From: a virus
Lineage: Duplodnaviria > Caudoviricetes
Direction: 5' to 3' (one strand)
Length of the DNA: 56,613 nt
Virus record (IMG/VR): IMGVR_UViG_3300017769_000011
Location: 1 to 56,613 of that record
This document shows positions 35,818 to 45,694 of this stretch, one piece after another. Both the position numbers and the translations under genes were made by a program. Below the pieces are notes generated by a model. That model saw only the letters and a program-made list of their open reading frames with translations. It made no database searches and was not told where the DNA came from. The stretch's first letter is position 1, and every line of letters begins with the position of its first letter.

Positions 35818-36557
35818 TTACAGAGAGTCAATATAGACCTCCTGTATTGATGATTAGAATGAAGGGTCACGAAAAAAGTGAAGAGTATGCAGAGGAAAGT
35901 AGAAAAACTTGGGAGAAACGAGGTTACAGTGTAACTTATATGGATGCAATCACACCTGAGACCATACACACATTCGAAGACCCACAAATCAGATTTGCTT
36001 ACAAAATTACTATTCGTTCAGTTGAAAAAAGAAGACAGGAGTTACAAAAAGACAAAGGATTTAAATTCGAGGGTATATTTTCTGATACGGAGAAAGCAGT
36101 TTGGTATAGTCACGTCAAAGCATGGAGACAAGTTGCTTCGGGGGATGAACCAACGATTATATGTGAACATGACGCAAAACTAAGACGTAAGTATATACCA
36201 TGTATGAATCATGACTTTTATATGATGACTAGAAATATACTTGGTGCAGCTTTTTTTCATCCTGCACTTTTACGAAGATTTTTAAAGGGTCACTTGCAGT
36301 ATGATGACAATCCGTTTGTTGTAAGACTAAATCCCGATGCACATATGTATGATTATATAATGAAACATTGTGACAGTCAAAGGGGTGATATAAGAACACG
36401 CACACATTTTGTGAGAAAAGAAGCTAAAAAGAGAAAGAGTTATTGGCCTGTGAATGCTGATTGGGCAGATTCTACGATTGAACACAGACTATTCTATGAT
36501 GAAGAAGTAGATGAAACAATTCAGTGGTATAGTAATAAAAGAAGGAAGAGAAAATGA
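35814..36557 (+). CDS. GT25-like glycosyltransferase
   Basis: DAITP, E.A...SH...W, ICEHDA. Confidence 0.7.
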   Translation: MITESQYRPPVLMIRMKGHEKSEEYAEESRKTWEKRGYSVTYMDAITPETIHTFEDPQIRFAYKITIRSVEKRRQELQKDKGFKFEGIFSDTEKAVWYSHVKAWRQVASGDEPTIICEHDAKLRRKYIPCMNHDFYMMTRNILGAAFFHPALLRRFLKGHLQYDDNPFVVRLNPDAHMYDYIMKHCDSQRGDIRTRTHFVRKEAKKRKSYWPVNADWADSTIEHRLFYDEEVDETIQWYSNKRRKRK

Positions 36558-37348
36558 AGAGAATGATATTTCAAGTTGCGGTAGGTAAACCGTCCAAACT
36601 GTATGAACATTGTATTGAATCAGTCTCAAACTATTGTGAGAAGTATGATATCAAACACATTGTATTGACTGAACCTAAGTTGCGTATCAAACCCGATATC
36701 TTTTCGACTAATCGTAGTGAAGAGTCATATATGAAGTATGGTGGATATCTACCTATCTATGAGAAAGAGAATGCATTTGAATATCTAGACAACTACGACC
36801 AGATTGCAATCGTGGATGCAGACATCTATATTCGCACCGATGCACCAAATATATTCGATGACTTTTTGACAGAACATGCATTCGGTGCGGTATGCGAACG
36901 TGAAATGAAAATCACGGATTGGTATAAAAACAAAATTATTAATTACTCTCATATGCAGTATGGTAATCTACATGGTCGAAGTTCACTTGACTTCAAACCA
37001 AATGAGTTTGGATTTGAGTTCTTCAATATGGGTCTGATTCTGCTGAATTGTAAATCATTCAAACCTTATCTCAAAGGACAGAAACCATATGACTTTCTAA
37101 TGCGTATGGAGTTCAAAGACTTTGTTGATGGTCAAGGTGTATGGAAGTGGTCTACCGACCAGACATTGTTGAACTACTTTCTCAAGAGATACAACATTCC
37201 AACCAAACACATGAGTAACAAATGGAATGGACTTTATAGTGCAGTTCGCAATATAGACGAATGTCACTTTGTTCATTTCTTTCTCAAAGACAAGTTACCC
37301 AATTCGGGTGAGAACGTTGAAGAACTGATGAAACAAATCAATGGATAA
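36554..37348 (+). CDS. GT-A glycosyltransferase (GT8/GT34-like)
   Basis: VDAD, FNMG, TDQTLLN, WN, FVHF. Confidence 0.78.
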   Translation: MKRMIFQVAVGKPSKLYEHCIESVSNYCEKYDIKHIVLTEPKLRIKPDIFSTNRSEESYMKYGGYLPIYEKENAFEYLDNYDQIAIVDADIYIRTDAPNIFDDFLTEHAFGAVCEREMKITDWYKNKIINYSHMQYGNLHGRSSLDFKPNEFGFEFFNMGLILLNCKSFKPYLKGQKPYDFLMRMEFKDFVDGQGVWKWSTDQTLLNYFLKRYNIPTKHMSNKWNGLYSAVRNIDECHFVHFFLKDKLPNSGENVEELMKQING

Positions 37349-38120
37349 ACCAAAGATACGAATGGGTATGTGTGGTGTCTCTGGCACATCACTGATGTTT
37401 CTAAGTGAACTACTAGATGGAAGTGGTGAGTGGGAAACAAATCCCGGCTGTGTAAGTTCTCCAAAGTCAAACGAGTATATGGGTTCACCTCATCTTGTAT
37501 ACTGTGAAGAAGGGTCAGAGATATCTTCTCAATATTACAACGAGAAAAGTATTATGTTTGCAAAATCATACATCTGTCGTTTTCTACCTCATGTAGAGTG
37601 TCCCGAAGTTTATCAGATAGACATATCCGAGAATGAGGCCTACGACTATGTATTTGATTTGAGATTTTATAAGAAGTATCTCAATGGTGACTACGCACAT
37701 CCTGATATCGTAAAACGAATTGATGAATCTAACTTAGATTTATCTGACTTTCCTTATCTGAGTAAATACAGTTCTCCTGTGGTTCACTGGGTCACTAATA
37801 ATGTCAAACCAAGTCATGACTATGTTCGAAATCAATATCTTCGCATGTATGATAATTGTCAACTGTATAAGGAAGGTATCAATACGGTGAAGGATGTCAA
37901 AGACCTGACTAACATTGATGAGGTTGATAAACTTGATTGTTCTTATGACCTTGAGAATATGAAAAGGTATACACAGGTTCATGTAATACAATATGAAAAG
38001 TTGTTTATCAAAGGCATAGATACTAATACAATCTTTGATGAATATAAAGAAGAAATAAAAGAATATACAAAAAGAAACGATAATTTACTTAGTTCTTTTT
38101 TTGATAGGATAGAAATATGA
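37341..38120 (+). CDS. Hypothetical protein, possibly sulfotransferase-fold
   Basis: GVSGTS..L..LL N-terminal loop; I.YE.LF near C-terminus. Confidence 0.45.
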   Translation: MDKPKIRMGMCGVSGTSLMFLSELLDGSGEWETNPGCVSSPKSNEYMGSPHLVYCEEGSEISSQYYNEKSIMFAKSYICRFLPHVECPEVYQIDISENEAYDYVFDLRFYKKYLNGDYAHPDIVKRIDESNLDLSDFPYLSKYSSPVVHWVTNNVKPSHDYVRNQYLRMYDNCQLYKEGINTVKDVKDLTNIDEVDKLDCSYDLENMKRYTQVHVIQYEKLFIKGIDTNTIFDEYKEEIKEYTKRNDNLLSSFFDRIEI

Positions 38121-38725
38121 AATCAATTAGTTATCTTTATATATTTTTTGTTGTTATGTTTATTGCGATTGCGTTATTCAGTTGTAATCCAGCCTACGCA
38201 TTGGATAATTTTAGTCAACATAATGTGAAAGCTAAATTTGGTAATGCGTCCATTGCATATCGAGGTCATAAGAATCTTGATAAATGGATGACTCAAATTG
38301 ATTACAAGCCAGGCAAGGTTGGATATGCCTATCGTTATCAGGAGAATAAGGGAAATGTTGAACATCGTCTTCGTTTGAACTCACCTTCTCTTATCACACT
38401 TGGAAATTTAAAATTTGTGCCTCGTCTCGAATATCGTTATTTCGAGAAGAAAGGAAAAGATGATTTTCTGAGTCTCTGGGTGAGATGGCAATATAAACAA
38501 AAAATCACTAACAATCTAAGTGGTTATATTTGGGTTGCTCCAAAACTATCATTTGACCAAGATGGTCGAGATAATGGAGACTTCTCAGGTTCTCAGAATC
38601 GTCTCGGTTGTGAGTATAAACTTACTGATAATGTATCGTTTGGTATCTTCGGTGAAAAGAATTTTGATGATGATTGGAATACAAAATCAGTTTTCCTTGG
38701 AACTGAATTAACCTTTAAGTTCTAA
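38117..38725 (+). CDS. Outer-membrane beta-barrel (KdgM/DUF2490-like porin)
   Basis: Signal peptide ending AYA; alternating amphipathic strands (EHR, PRLEYR); C-terminal Phe (LTFKF). Confidence 0.7.
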   Translation: MKSISYLYIFFVVMFIAIALFSCNPAYALDNFSQHNVKAKFGNASIAYRGHKNLDKWMTQIDYKPGKVGYAYRYQENKGNVEHRLRLNSPSLITLGNLKFVPRLEYRYFEKKGKDDFLSLWVRWQYKQKITNNLSGYIWVAPKLSFDQDGRDNGDFSGSQNRLGCEYKLTDNVSFGIFGEKNFDDDWNTKSVFLGTELTFKF

Positions 38726-38728
38726 TAG

Positions 38729-38744
38729 TATAAATATATAAATA
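38729..38744 (+). promoter_or_regulatory. Tandem T4-type late promoters
   Basis: TATAAATATATAAATA followed by an AGGAG RBS. Confidence 0.75.
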
Positions 38745-38763
38745 GATTGAACAGGAGAAAATA

Positions 38764-39462
38764 ATGTTGAAACCTCAAGATTTTGTGAAGAAAATTCGCA
38801 ACGAAAACCAAGCATTGTTCGAAGCATCCAAGATGAATGTCAAGGCATACTTCGAAGGTGACCTTTCTAAAGAAGAAATGGTTGACCACTTCATTGGTCG
38901 TATGGTCAATGAACGTATGAACATGTCTGAAATCTCTGCACAGATTGCTAGTGCAGACGATGATGCAGACCCAAGAGAATTAGAATTGCTTTCAAAACAA
39001 GCAGCCGATGAAGCAAAGCACTATCGTATGGTCAAGGAAGTTATCGAACATATCACTGGTGAGGAAGTAGATGCGGCGCAAGCAATTCGGAAAGAACGTG
39101 AGATGGACACCGCAAAGGGTGCGTCTCTGTTAGAGAAGTATGACGCAGAGAATGACGAAGCAGTCCTTGCCGCATATCAATTGGTTGCGGAAGGTCGTGC
39201 AGAGGCAGTCTGGAATCAGATGGCAGACACTATCGAAGATAGTTTCATCTCTGGTCGTTATCGTGAGATTGCAAAGGATGAGGGTTTCCATAGTGGTATT
39301 GGTGGATACAAACTACGCAAAGTTGCAACCGATAAGAAAACACAGAGTCGTGTTCTTCGTATCGTAGAAGCCATGCGTAAAGACCTATTTGAAATCTCAT
39401 GTGCGAATACAGTCGAAGCAAAAGGTTCACGAGAACTCGTAAACGCAGCCTACGGTTGGTAA
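38764..39462 (+). CDS. Ferritin-like four-helix diiron-carboxylate protein
   Basis: E (NERM), DEAKH, E (AEGR), DEGFH ligand pattern. Confidence 0.82.
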   Translation: MLKPQDFVKKIRNENQALFEASKMNVKAYFEGDLSKEEMVDHFIGRMVNERMNMSEISAQIASADDDADPRELELLSKQAADEAKHYRMVKEVIEHITGEEVDAAQAIRKEREMDTAKGASLLEKYDAENDEAVLAAYQLVAEGRAEAVWNQMADTIEDSFISGRYREIAKDEGFHSGIGGYKLRKVATDKKTQSRVLRIVEAMRKDLFEISCANTVEAKGSRELVNAAYGW

Positions 39463-40017
39463 ATGAAAGTAGGACTCACTCAACGAGTTCTCACGCACAA
39501 TGGACAAGTTTATGACTCTCTAGAGCATGGTTGGTATCGACTTTTACAGGGTCATGAACTTATTCCCATTCCAAATCGTGAAGACTTAGATTATGAATCC
39601 CTTGCGAAGTCTCTCGACCTTCTCATAATTACAGGTGGAGGTAACGAAGAGATTCGCATCACCACAGAAGTATCACTTGCAACCGAAATGTCTAAAATGA
39701 ACAAGCCTATTTTAGGTGTTTGTCATGGTGCGTTTCTACTTACAGAGATACTTGGTGGTAGCACAAAGGAATGTGAGGGTCATCTTAATGTTGAACATCT
39801 CGTATATGGAGATGCACCAACTCATGTAAGAGTCAATAGTTTTCATAATATTTGTATTGACAAACAGCCCCCAAATAGTGTATACTTATATCTTGATGAA
39901 AGTGGTAACATTGAGTCTTGGATGAAGGACAATATATGTGCTATTGTTTGGCATCCTGAAAGAATGTCGATGCCATTTATACCTAACAAAATTAAAGAAG
40001 TGATAGGATTGTTATGA
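39463..40017 (+). CDS. Class I glutamine amidotransferase / peptidase C26 (PuuD-like)
   Basis: ITGGG, GVCHG (Cys nucleophile), VNSFH, WHPE. Confidence 0.88.
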   Translation: MKVGLTQRVLTHNGQVYDSLEHGWYRLLQGHELIPIPNREDLDYESLAKSLDLLIITGGGNEEIRITTEVSLATEMSKMNKPILGVCHGAFLLTEILGGSTKECEGHLNVEHLVYGDAPTHVRVNSFHNICIDKQPPNSVYLYLDESGNIESWMKDNICAIVWHPERMSMPFIPNKIKEVIGLL

Positions 40018-40691
40018 AACAGATTGAAAATGCAGAAACATATAGAGTTCGTGACATATGGAATTATGATATTCAAGTTGCGAAAGGTAAAGGCACTACT
40101 TATATTAATAATGACGAGTTTTTAGGAACAAGTTATTTGATGGGTAAAGGTTGTAGTATCAATGTAAATAATGGTTGGTCAATCAATAGTAATGACTTTG
40201 CTGGACAAACAGGTAAAGAATTTGTTGTTGAGACACATGATGATAATTCTATGTTTGCTCACATAAAATTTTATGGTTTATCCATGAACGATGAACGCAT
40301 GTTTATACCACACGATAATGGAGAAGGCAATCTGTCATACATGGATGGTGGAACTAATTCTACCGCAGTAAATCCAGGCCGACTAGGATTACCTGTAATC
40401 AACTATGTTCATTTCCCTGCTGGTATGCAACAAACTCTACATACTCATCCAAGTCAACGCATAGGTCTCGTGCTTTCGGGTAGAGGTTTGATTGAACTTG
40501 ACCATGACAGAAAGTTTGCTATCAAGGCAGGGGATTGTTGGGTTATGGAGAGAAATGTATTACACAACTTTATGTGTAATCGAGGTGAAGATGTAACATT
40601 ATTTGTATTCAGTCCTGACTCTGGAACAGGGCCGACAGACGAGATAAATCCATTGAAGGTGAGAACCTATGTCGGACAACAAAGAGTCTAA
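40014..40691 (+). CDS. Cupin-domain protein
   Basis: LSY.DG, HFP....QTLHTHPS.RIG.V..G.G, H.F, PDS..GPTDE. Confidence 0.75.
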   Translation: MKQIENAETYRVRDIWNYDIQVAKGKGTTYINNDEFLGTSYLMGKGCSINVNNGWSINSNDFAGQTGKEFVVETHDDNSMFAHIKFYGLSMNDERMFIPHDNGEGNLSYMDGGTNSTAVNPGRLGLPVINYVHFPAGMQQTLHTHPSQRIGLVLSGRGLIELDHDRKFAIKAGDCWVMERNVLHNFMCNRGEDVTLFVFSPDSGTGPTDEINPLKVRTYVGQQRV

Positions 40692-41328
40692 GAAACTTAT
40701 TATTATAACAGGGCCGCAGGGGTCAGGTAATCATCTGTTCAGTAAGATGTTTAGTTATCATCCTGACGTAAAAGGATGGGACTTTGGTAACAAGTATTGG
40801 ATACCAAGTGATGAAGAACCTTTTGCTGATTGTTGGATTGACCCACTTAAAACAAAAGATATGTTGACTCATCCACTCATGGTTGCAAATGTGAGTGTCC
40901 CCTTTGTTTACGATGGAATGAGACAAGTTCCAAAGATACAGGGTGTTACGAATCAAGCAAAAGAAGCAGGATATGATGTAAAGGTTTGTATCGTAGTGAG
41001 AGACCGCAACATCAATAAACAACAACAACTTAGAGTTCGAAAAGACATTACTTTACCGATTGCACTAAACTATTACCATGATTTAGATGTAGATTTAAAC
41101 TTTCTGTCAACCGAGTCAGTCTTTCTTTATGGGGGTGCATATCTGAAGTGGTTGTCAAAGACTCTGGATTTTCCTGTCGCATATAATGATGAACGAATAT
41201 TCAAAGATATCGCAGAAGACCAGAATACAAAGTATATAAAATATCACATTGAGATGGAACATCAATGGCTAGACGAACAAGTATGGCAAGGTATAAGACC
41301 TAAAAAAGATAGAAAAAATATTTCTTGA
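40669..41328 (+). CDS. P-loop/sulfotransferase-fold protein
   Basis: ITGPQGSGNHL, VRD. Confidence 0.55.
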   Translation: MSDNKESKKLIIITGPQGSGNHLFSKMFSYHPDVKGWDFGNKYWIPSDEEPFADCWIDPLKTKDMLTHPLMVANVSVPFVYDGMRQVPKIQGVTNQAKEAGYDVKVCIVVRDRNINKQQQLRVRKDITLPIALNYYHDLDVDLNFLSTESVFLYGGAYLKWLSKTLDFPVAYNDERIFKDIAEDQNTKYIKYHIEMEHQWLDEQVWQGIRPKKDRKNIS

Positions 41329-41353
41329 CAATACCAGTTATATAAGTTATAAT
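41325..41353 (+). promoter_or_regulatory. sigma70-type promoter
   Basis: TTGACA-N17-TATAAT. Confidence 0.75.
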
Positions 41354-41386
41354 CAAAGATATTATCTAAACGTAAGGAGATTTATT

Positions 41387-41704
41387 ATGCGTAAATGGGT
41401 ATTTGACTGTTGGAATACTGTGTTTGACCACAGGTTCAGTCCACTAAAGAACATTCCTGATGTTCATGTGAGACACATGATACTACAGGTTCTTGCATAC
41501 ATGTGGGTTATTGCTTTCAGTGTTGCGATTGGTAGTTGGTCAGGATTTATATGGTCTATGTTAGGTCACATTGCATTGCTTACTGCTATTACTGTTACTG
41601 TTGCAACATATAAAGTGGCTGAGAAAAAGCCTCAGATTTTTCTGGAGTGGGGATATACTCCTAATCAGAATCCTGGCCGTAGACTTGATGGGGAGCATGA
41701 ATAA
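41387..41704 (+). CDS. Conserved small membrane protein
   Basis: PL..IPD..VRHM.LQVLA.MW; two TM helices; GEHE end; AAGGAG RBS. Confidence 0.7.
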   Translation: MRKWVFDCWNTVFDHRFSPLKNIPDVHVRHMILQVLAYMWVIAFSVAIGSWSGFIWSMLGHIALLTAITVTVATYKVAEKKPQIFLEWGYTPNQNPGRRLDGEHE

Positions 41705-41786
41705 TGTATCAATATAATTGGAAACATATCATAGTCGCAGTTGTAACCTTTATAGTTGGTTATATCATAGGTATAGGAAATGTAGG

Positions 41787-42323
41787 TTGACAGATTATAT
41801 TCTTGTAACAGGTGCGCCAGGCAGTAGATGGTCAGGGTGGGTAGAGGAAAATCTCTACTCACTTGAAGGCATAGATGGTGTCAACACCACAGATAGGTCA
41901 CCTGAGAGAGAATACTGGAATGGTCGAAAACTCATGCACAGAGGTGTATACTTTGACCCTGAAATGGAATTTAATAATAATCGTGATAGTTGGGATTTAC
42001 CTTTCACTGGTAAAGGCACACGAGTTATAAAATCACACACCTTTGCATACTCACTAAATATACTGAAAGATTATGGATATCCAATATACATGGTCTTGAG
42101 AAATTCAATTGATTGTTTTGACTGGTGGCATGAGGCCGGTGGTTGGAATATAACATATCCTAACTATGCATGGTATGGTGACGATAGAAATATGATGAAT
42201 CAGATTGCATCACAGAATGAAGCAATTTGGAGATTTTTGATAGAACATAAAGACAAGGTGGAACTTATAGATGGTTCATTACATGACAACTCGGATAGAC
42301 TCGTCTATAGATATCAATCCTGA
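41787..42323 (+). CDS. P-loop/sulfotransferase-fold protein
   Basis: VTGAPGSRWSG, IKSH, WW..AGGW.I.YP.Y; TTG start inferred. Confidence 0.55.
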   Translation: MTDYILVTGAPGSRWSGWVEENLYSLEGIDGVNTTDRSPEREYWNGRKLMHRGVYFDPEMEFNNNRDSWDLPFTGKGTRVIKSHTFAYSLNILKDYGYPIYMVLRNSIDCFDWWHEAGGWNITYPNYAWYGDDRNMMNQIASQNEAIWRFLIEHKDKVELIDGSLHDNSDRLVYRYQS

Positions 42324-42888
42324 TAAAGAACTTTTGCGTGAATATTTTGGTGAATACTGGCCTAAACAACGTATCTCTAACTGGATGGATTTGTATGAAT
42401 GGACAGGAAAAAGATTAATCGATGAAGTCGAAGACCACGAACATGTTCTAGACGTAGGATGCGGTTCAAATCCATTCAAGGGGAAAATCAAAAATCTTTA
42501 TGGTATTGATATCACGGATATCGGTGCGGATGAAGTTGTTGCTATTGAGGATTTCAAAACCGAAAAGAAATACGATGTCGCATTTGTTCTTGGTAGTATC
42601 AACTTCGGAGATTGGAATCTAATAAACAAACAAGTTATATCACTCGTCAATGCACTCAAACCAAAAGCGAGAATATACTGGAGATGTAATACTGGACAAC
42701 CTCACGAGAATAGTGGGTTTGGAACGCAACTTCCATTCTGGAAATGGAATCTCAATCATCATATTATGTTGACTCAGACAAATCGATTTGAGGTCACTGA
42801 GTTCATGCCTGATAATTGGTCAACCGAACTACCGAATGGTGATAAAATAAGTCTGCAAAGACAATACTGTAAGTGGGAAGCAAAATGA
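42283..42888 (+). CDS. Class I SAM-dependent methyltransferase-like protein
   Basis: VLDVGCG, GID, YDV...LGSINFG, LKP. Confidence 0.8.
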   Translation: MTTRIDSSIDINPDKELLREYFGEYWPKQRISNWMDLYEWTGKRLIDEVEDHEHVLDVGCGSNPFKGKIKNLYGIDITDIGADEVVAIEDFKTEKKYDVAFVLGSINFGDWNLINKQVISLVNALKPKARIYWRCNTGQPHENSGFGTQLPFWKWNLNHHIMLTQTNRFEVTEFMPDNWSTELPNGDKISLQRQYCKWEAK

Positions 42889-43523
42889 GTAACAGAAAAC
42901 CACTAAAAGAATTATTTGATTGGCATGATTGTGACAAGAGTCAAGCCCACAAGTATTACAAGATATATGAAAAGTATTTTGAAGAACTCAGAGACGAACC
43001 TATAAACTTATTAGAGATAGGTATCTTTCGAGGTGCATCAACAAAAGCATGGTTAGATTACTTTCCGAATGCAAAAGTTTATACCATAGATACTTTCGAA
43101 AGAGTTCCACCTAGAAAAATCGGAGTCTTGAAAAGTAGTAGAGTTCGATGGTTGAAAGGTGACTCAACTCACGCAGGAGTTGGCAAAAGGTTAATTGATA
43201 ATTGGGGAATGATAAAGTTTGATTTTATTATTGATGATGGAGCCCACTGGCCTGAAGCACAGAAAAACACATTTAAAAACTTCTTTCCATTTCTCAAAGA
43301 AGGTGGGACTTACTTTTGTGAGGATGTTTTTCCGATGCATATCATGAACAAAGATGAACTAGATTATTACTGGTTTAAGAAACATCCTGAAAGATACGAT
43401 ATGTTGAAACACATGGATTTCATCAATACTATTGATATGAGAGATGGAAAGACATCATATCATGACCAAAGAAATGAGAGTAAATATAAACATGACTCAT
43501 TTATTATTTCAATCCAAAAGTAA
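42885..43523 (+). CDS. Class I SAM-dependent methyltransferase (sugar O-methyltransferase-like)
   Basis: DK..H.Y...Y, LLEIG...G.S, FDFIIDDG.H, GG.Y..ED. Confidence 0.85.
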   Translation: MSNRKPLKELFDWHDCDKSQAHKYYKIYEKYFEELRDEPINLLEIGIFRGASTKAWLDYFPNAKVYTIDTFERVPPRKIGVLKSSRVRWLKGDSTHAGVGKRLIDNWGMIKFDFIIDDGAHWPEAQKNTFKNFFPFLKEGGTYFCEDVFPMHIMNKDELDYYWFKKHPERYDMLKHMDFINTIDMRDGKTSYHDQRNESKYKHDSFIISIQK

Positions 43524-43535
43524 AGGAGAATAGGT

Positions 43536-43619
43536 ATGCCTATATTTGATAAAAAGTCTGCATGGGCTATGGCAATCCTGATAGCATATGTTACTATTTT
43601 ATTTCTTGTAGCACCATAG
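43536..43619 (+). CDS. Tiny membrane peptide (27 aa; not in ORF track)
   Basis: MPIFDKKSAMAMAILIAYVTILFLVAP with AAGGAG RBS. Confidence 0.45.
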   Translation: MPIFDKKSAWAMAILIAYVTILFLVAP

Positions 43620-44972
43620 ATGATAAAACTTGTTCTCTTTGACTTAGATGGTGTTTTGATTGATGCTAAGAAGATACACTATGTTGCTTTGAATGAAGCA
43701 CTTGGTGATGAGTATGCAATCAGTGAGAAAGAACATATATCAATATATGATGGCCTCAAGACAACTCAGAAACTTGAAATGCTTACAAAGCATAAGGGAC
43801 TACCTGTTGAGAAACATCAAGAGATAAGTGATAGAAAACAACAAATCACTCGAACCTTATTATCAAAACTAGAACCCATTGAAGAGATTCGTAGGTTGTT
43901 TGAAGAACTTGAAGAGAAGGGATATTCGATTGGTGTTTGTTCTAACTCGATTCGTAGGTCTGTTCTCACATCACTATCCAAGACAAAACTTATTCAACAT
44001 TGTTCGGTTATTCTATCGAACGAGGACGTGAAGAATAGTAAACCTCATCCAGAGATGTATTGGAAAGCAATGTCAGTCATGGGTGTGTTACCCGAAGAGA
44101 CAATGATTGTCGAGGACTCACCGCCAGGCCTTCTTGCGGCACAACGTTCAAGAGCGAACTATATAAGAGTAGACAATCCTTATGATGTCACACGAGATAA
44201 GATATTCAGTAATCTAAAGGGACGACCAATGAATAAGAAATGGAAGAATGATAAGTTGAATGTGTTGATTCCAATGGCAGGAGCAGGAAGTCGTTTTCAA
44301 CAAGCAGGATACACATTTCCCAAACCACTGATTGATGTCAATGGTAAACCGATGATACAGGTTGTTGTTGAGAATCTTGGACTTGATGCTAACTATCACT
44401 TCGTGGTTCAGAAAGAACATCGAGAGAAATACAATCTTGATTCTATGTTGTCATTGATTACACCTAAGTGTAAAGTGATTGAGGTCGATGGTATTACAGA
44501 GGGTGCAGCCTGCACCGCATTACTTGCCAAAGAGTTTATTGATAATGATGACCCATTGTTCTTCGCAAACTCTGACCAGTTCGTTGAGTGGGATGTGATG
44601 GAGTTTATGTATGCAATGAATGAGAAAGATGCTGATGGTGGTATTGTGACATTTGACGCAACTCATCCCAAGTGGTCTTATGCAAAGACTGACGAGAGTG
44701 GAGTTGTTACAGAGGTCGCAGAGAAGAATCCTATCAGCACACATGCAACTGTTGGATACTACTATTGGAAACATGGTTCGGATTTTGTTCGTTTTGCGGA
44801 ACAGATGATTGAGAAAGATGTTCGGGTCAACAATGAGTTCTATGTCTGTCCTGTTTACAATCAGGCCATTGAATCGAATCTTCGCATCTATACACACGAT
44901 GCGTCAAAGATGTGGGGTCTAGGAACACCCGAAGACCTGAGATATTATTTGGAAAACTATGAAGCATTATGA
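43620..44972 (+). CDS. HAD phosphatase fused to sugar-phosphate nucleotidyltransferase
   Basis: FDLDG, SN, KP.P, ED; then IPMAGAGSRF...PKPLI, NSDQ, EK, LGTPEDL. Confidence 0.88.
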   Translation: MIKLVLFDLDGVLIDAKKIHYVALNEALGDEYAISEKEHISIYDGLKTTQKLEMLTKHKGLPVEKHQEISDRKQQITRTLLSKLEPIEEIRRLFEELEEKGYSIGVCSNSIRRSVLTSLSKTKLIQHCSVILSNEDVKNSKPHPEMYWKAMSVMGVLPEETMIVEDSPPGLLAAQRSRANYIRVDNPYDVTRDKIFSNLKGRPMNKKWKNDKLNVLIPMAGAGSRFQQAGYTFPKPLIDVNGKPMIQVVVENLGLDANYHFVVQKEHREKYNLDSMLSLITPKCKVIEVDGITEGAACTALLAKEFIDNDDPLFFANSDQFVEWDVMEFMYAMNEKDADGGIVTFDATHPKWSYAKTDESGVVTEVAEKNPISTHATVGYYYWKHGSDFVRFAEQMIEKDVRVNNEFYVCPVYNQAIESNLRIYTHDASKMWGLGTPEDLRYYLENYEAL

Positions 44973-45694
44973 GAATCGCAGTTGTTTTATCAGGAGCATT
45001 TGTAATTCGTCATCCTATGGGTGATATCAATTATGGTAATCTAAGACAAAGACAACTCTTCACTGGTGCTGACTTTTACTATTCGACATGGGATAGTTTT
45101 CAATCAGAGTTTGAAGAAAAGTTTCCAACCTACGAATGTTCTTACTTCGAAGAACCTGAACCGAAATATCATCCATATGAGATGAAACATATTGCGTCTC
45201 CATTTTATGAAGAGACCAGACAATTTATAGCAAGTCAGGCTGGACGCATGAGATGGGCTCGTCATCACACCAAACAACATCTTGCCTATGCTATGATACT
45301 TGACAAAATAGACCTTTCGTGTTATGATGTAATCGTTCGGGCTCGTTATGATAACTGGTTCACACGAGATGCGAACTTTACACCATATGTTGAGGATTGT
45401 TTTGAGAACAAGAGAGCAGTAGGATTTGCAGTCACAATCAAAGAGAACTTTGAAAAGATATATGAGAGTAATAAACCCAAACATAAGAACTGGATGCTCG
45501 ACCAGTTGATTATACATCGAGCCGATATGATTGACACAAGTCATATTTACTCTTTGTATGAGAATGAGAAACTACATGCCGCAGAGATGGGATGGTGGCA
45601 GATATTGAGTGAACCTTGGGGAAACAATCACCGAAACATTCATGGAATGGTAAACCATGATAAGAATGTTCTCGATAGGTTTATGATTCGATGA
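44969..45694 (+). CDS. Putative glycosyltransferase-like protein (paralog set A)
   Basis: MRIAV.LSG, YHP, KQ, YDVIVRARYD, AEMGWWQILSEP. Confidence 0.6.
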   Translation: MRIAVVLSGAFVIRHPMGDINYGNLRQRQLFTGADFYYSTWDSFQSEFEEKFPTYECSYFEEPEPKYHPYEMKHIASPFYEETRQFIASQAGRMRWARHHTKQHLAYAMILDKIDLSCYDVIVRARYDNWFTRDANFTPYVEDCFENKRAVGFAVTIKENFEKIYESNKPKHKNWMLDQLIIHRADMIDTSHIYSLYENEKLHAAEMGWWQILSEPWGNNHRNIHGMVNHDKNVLDRFMIR

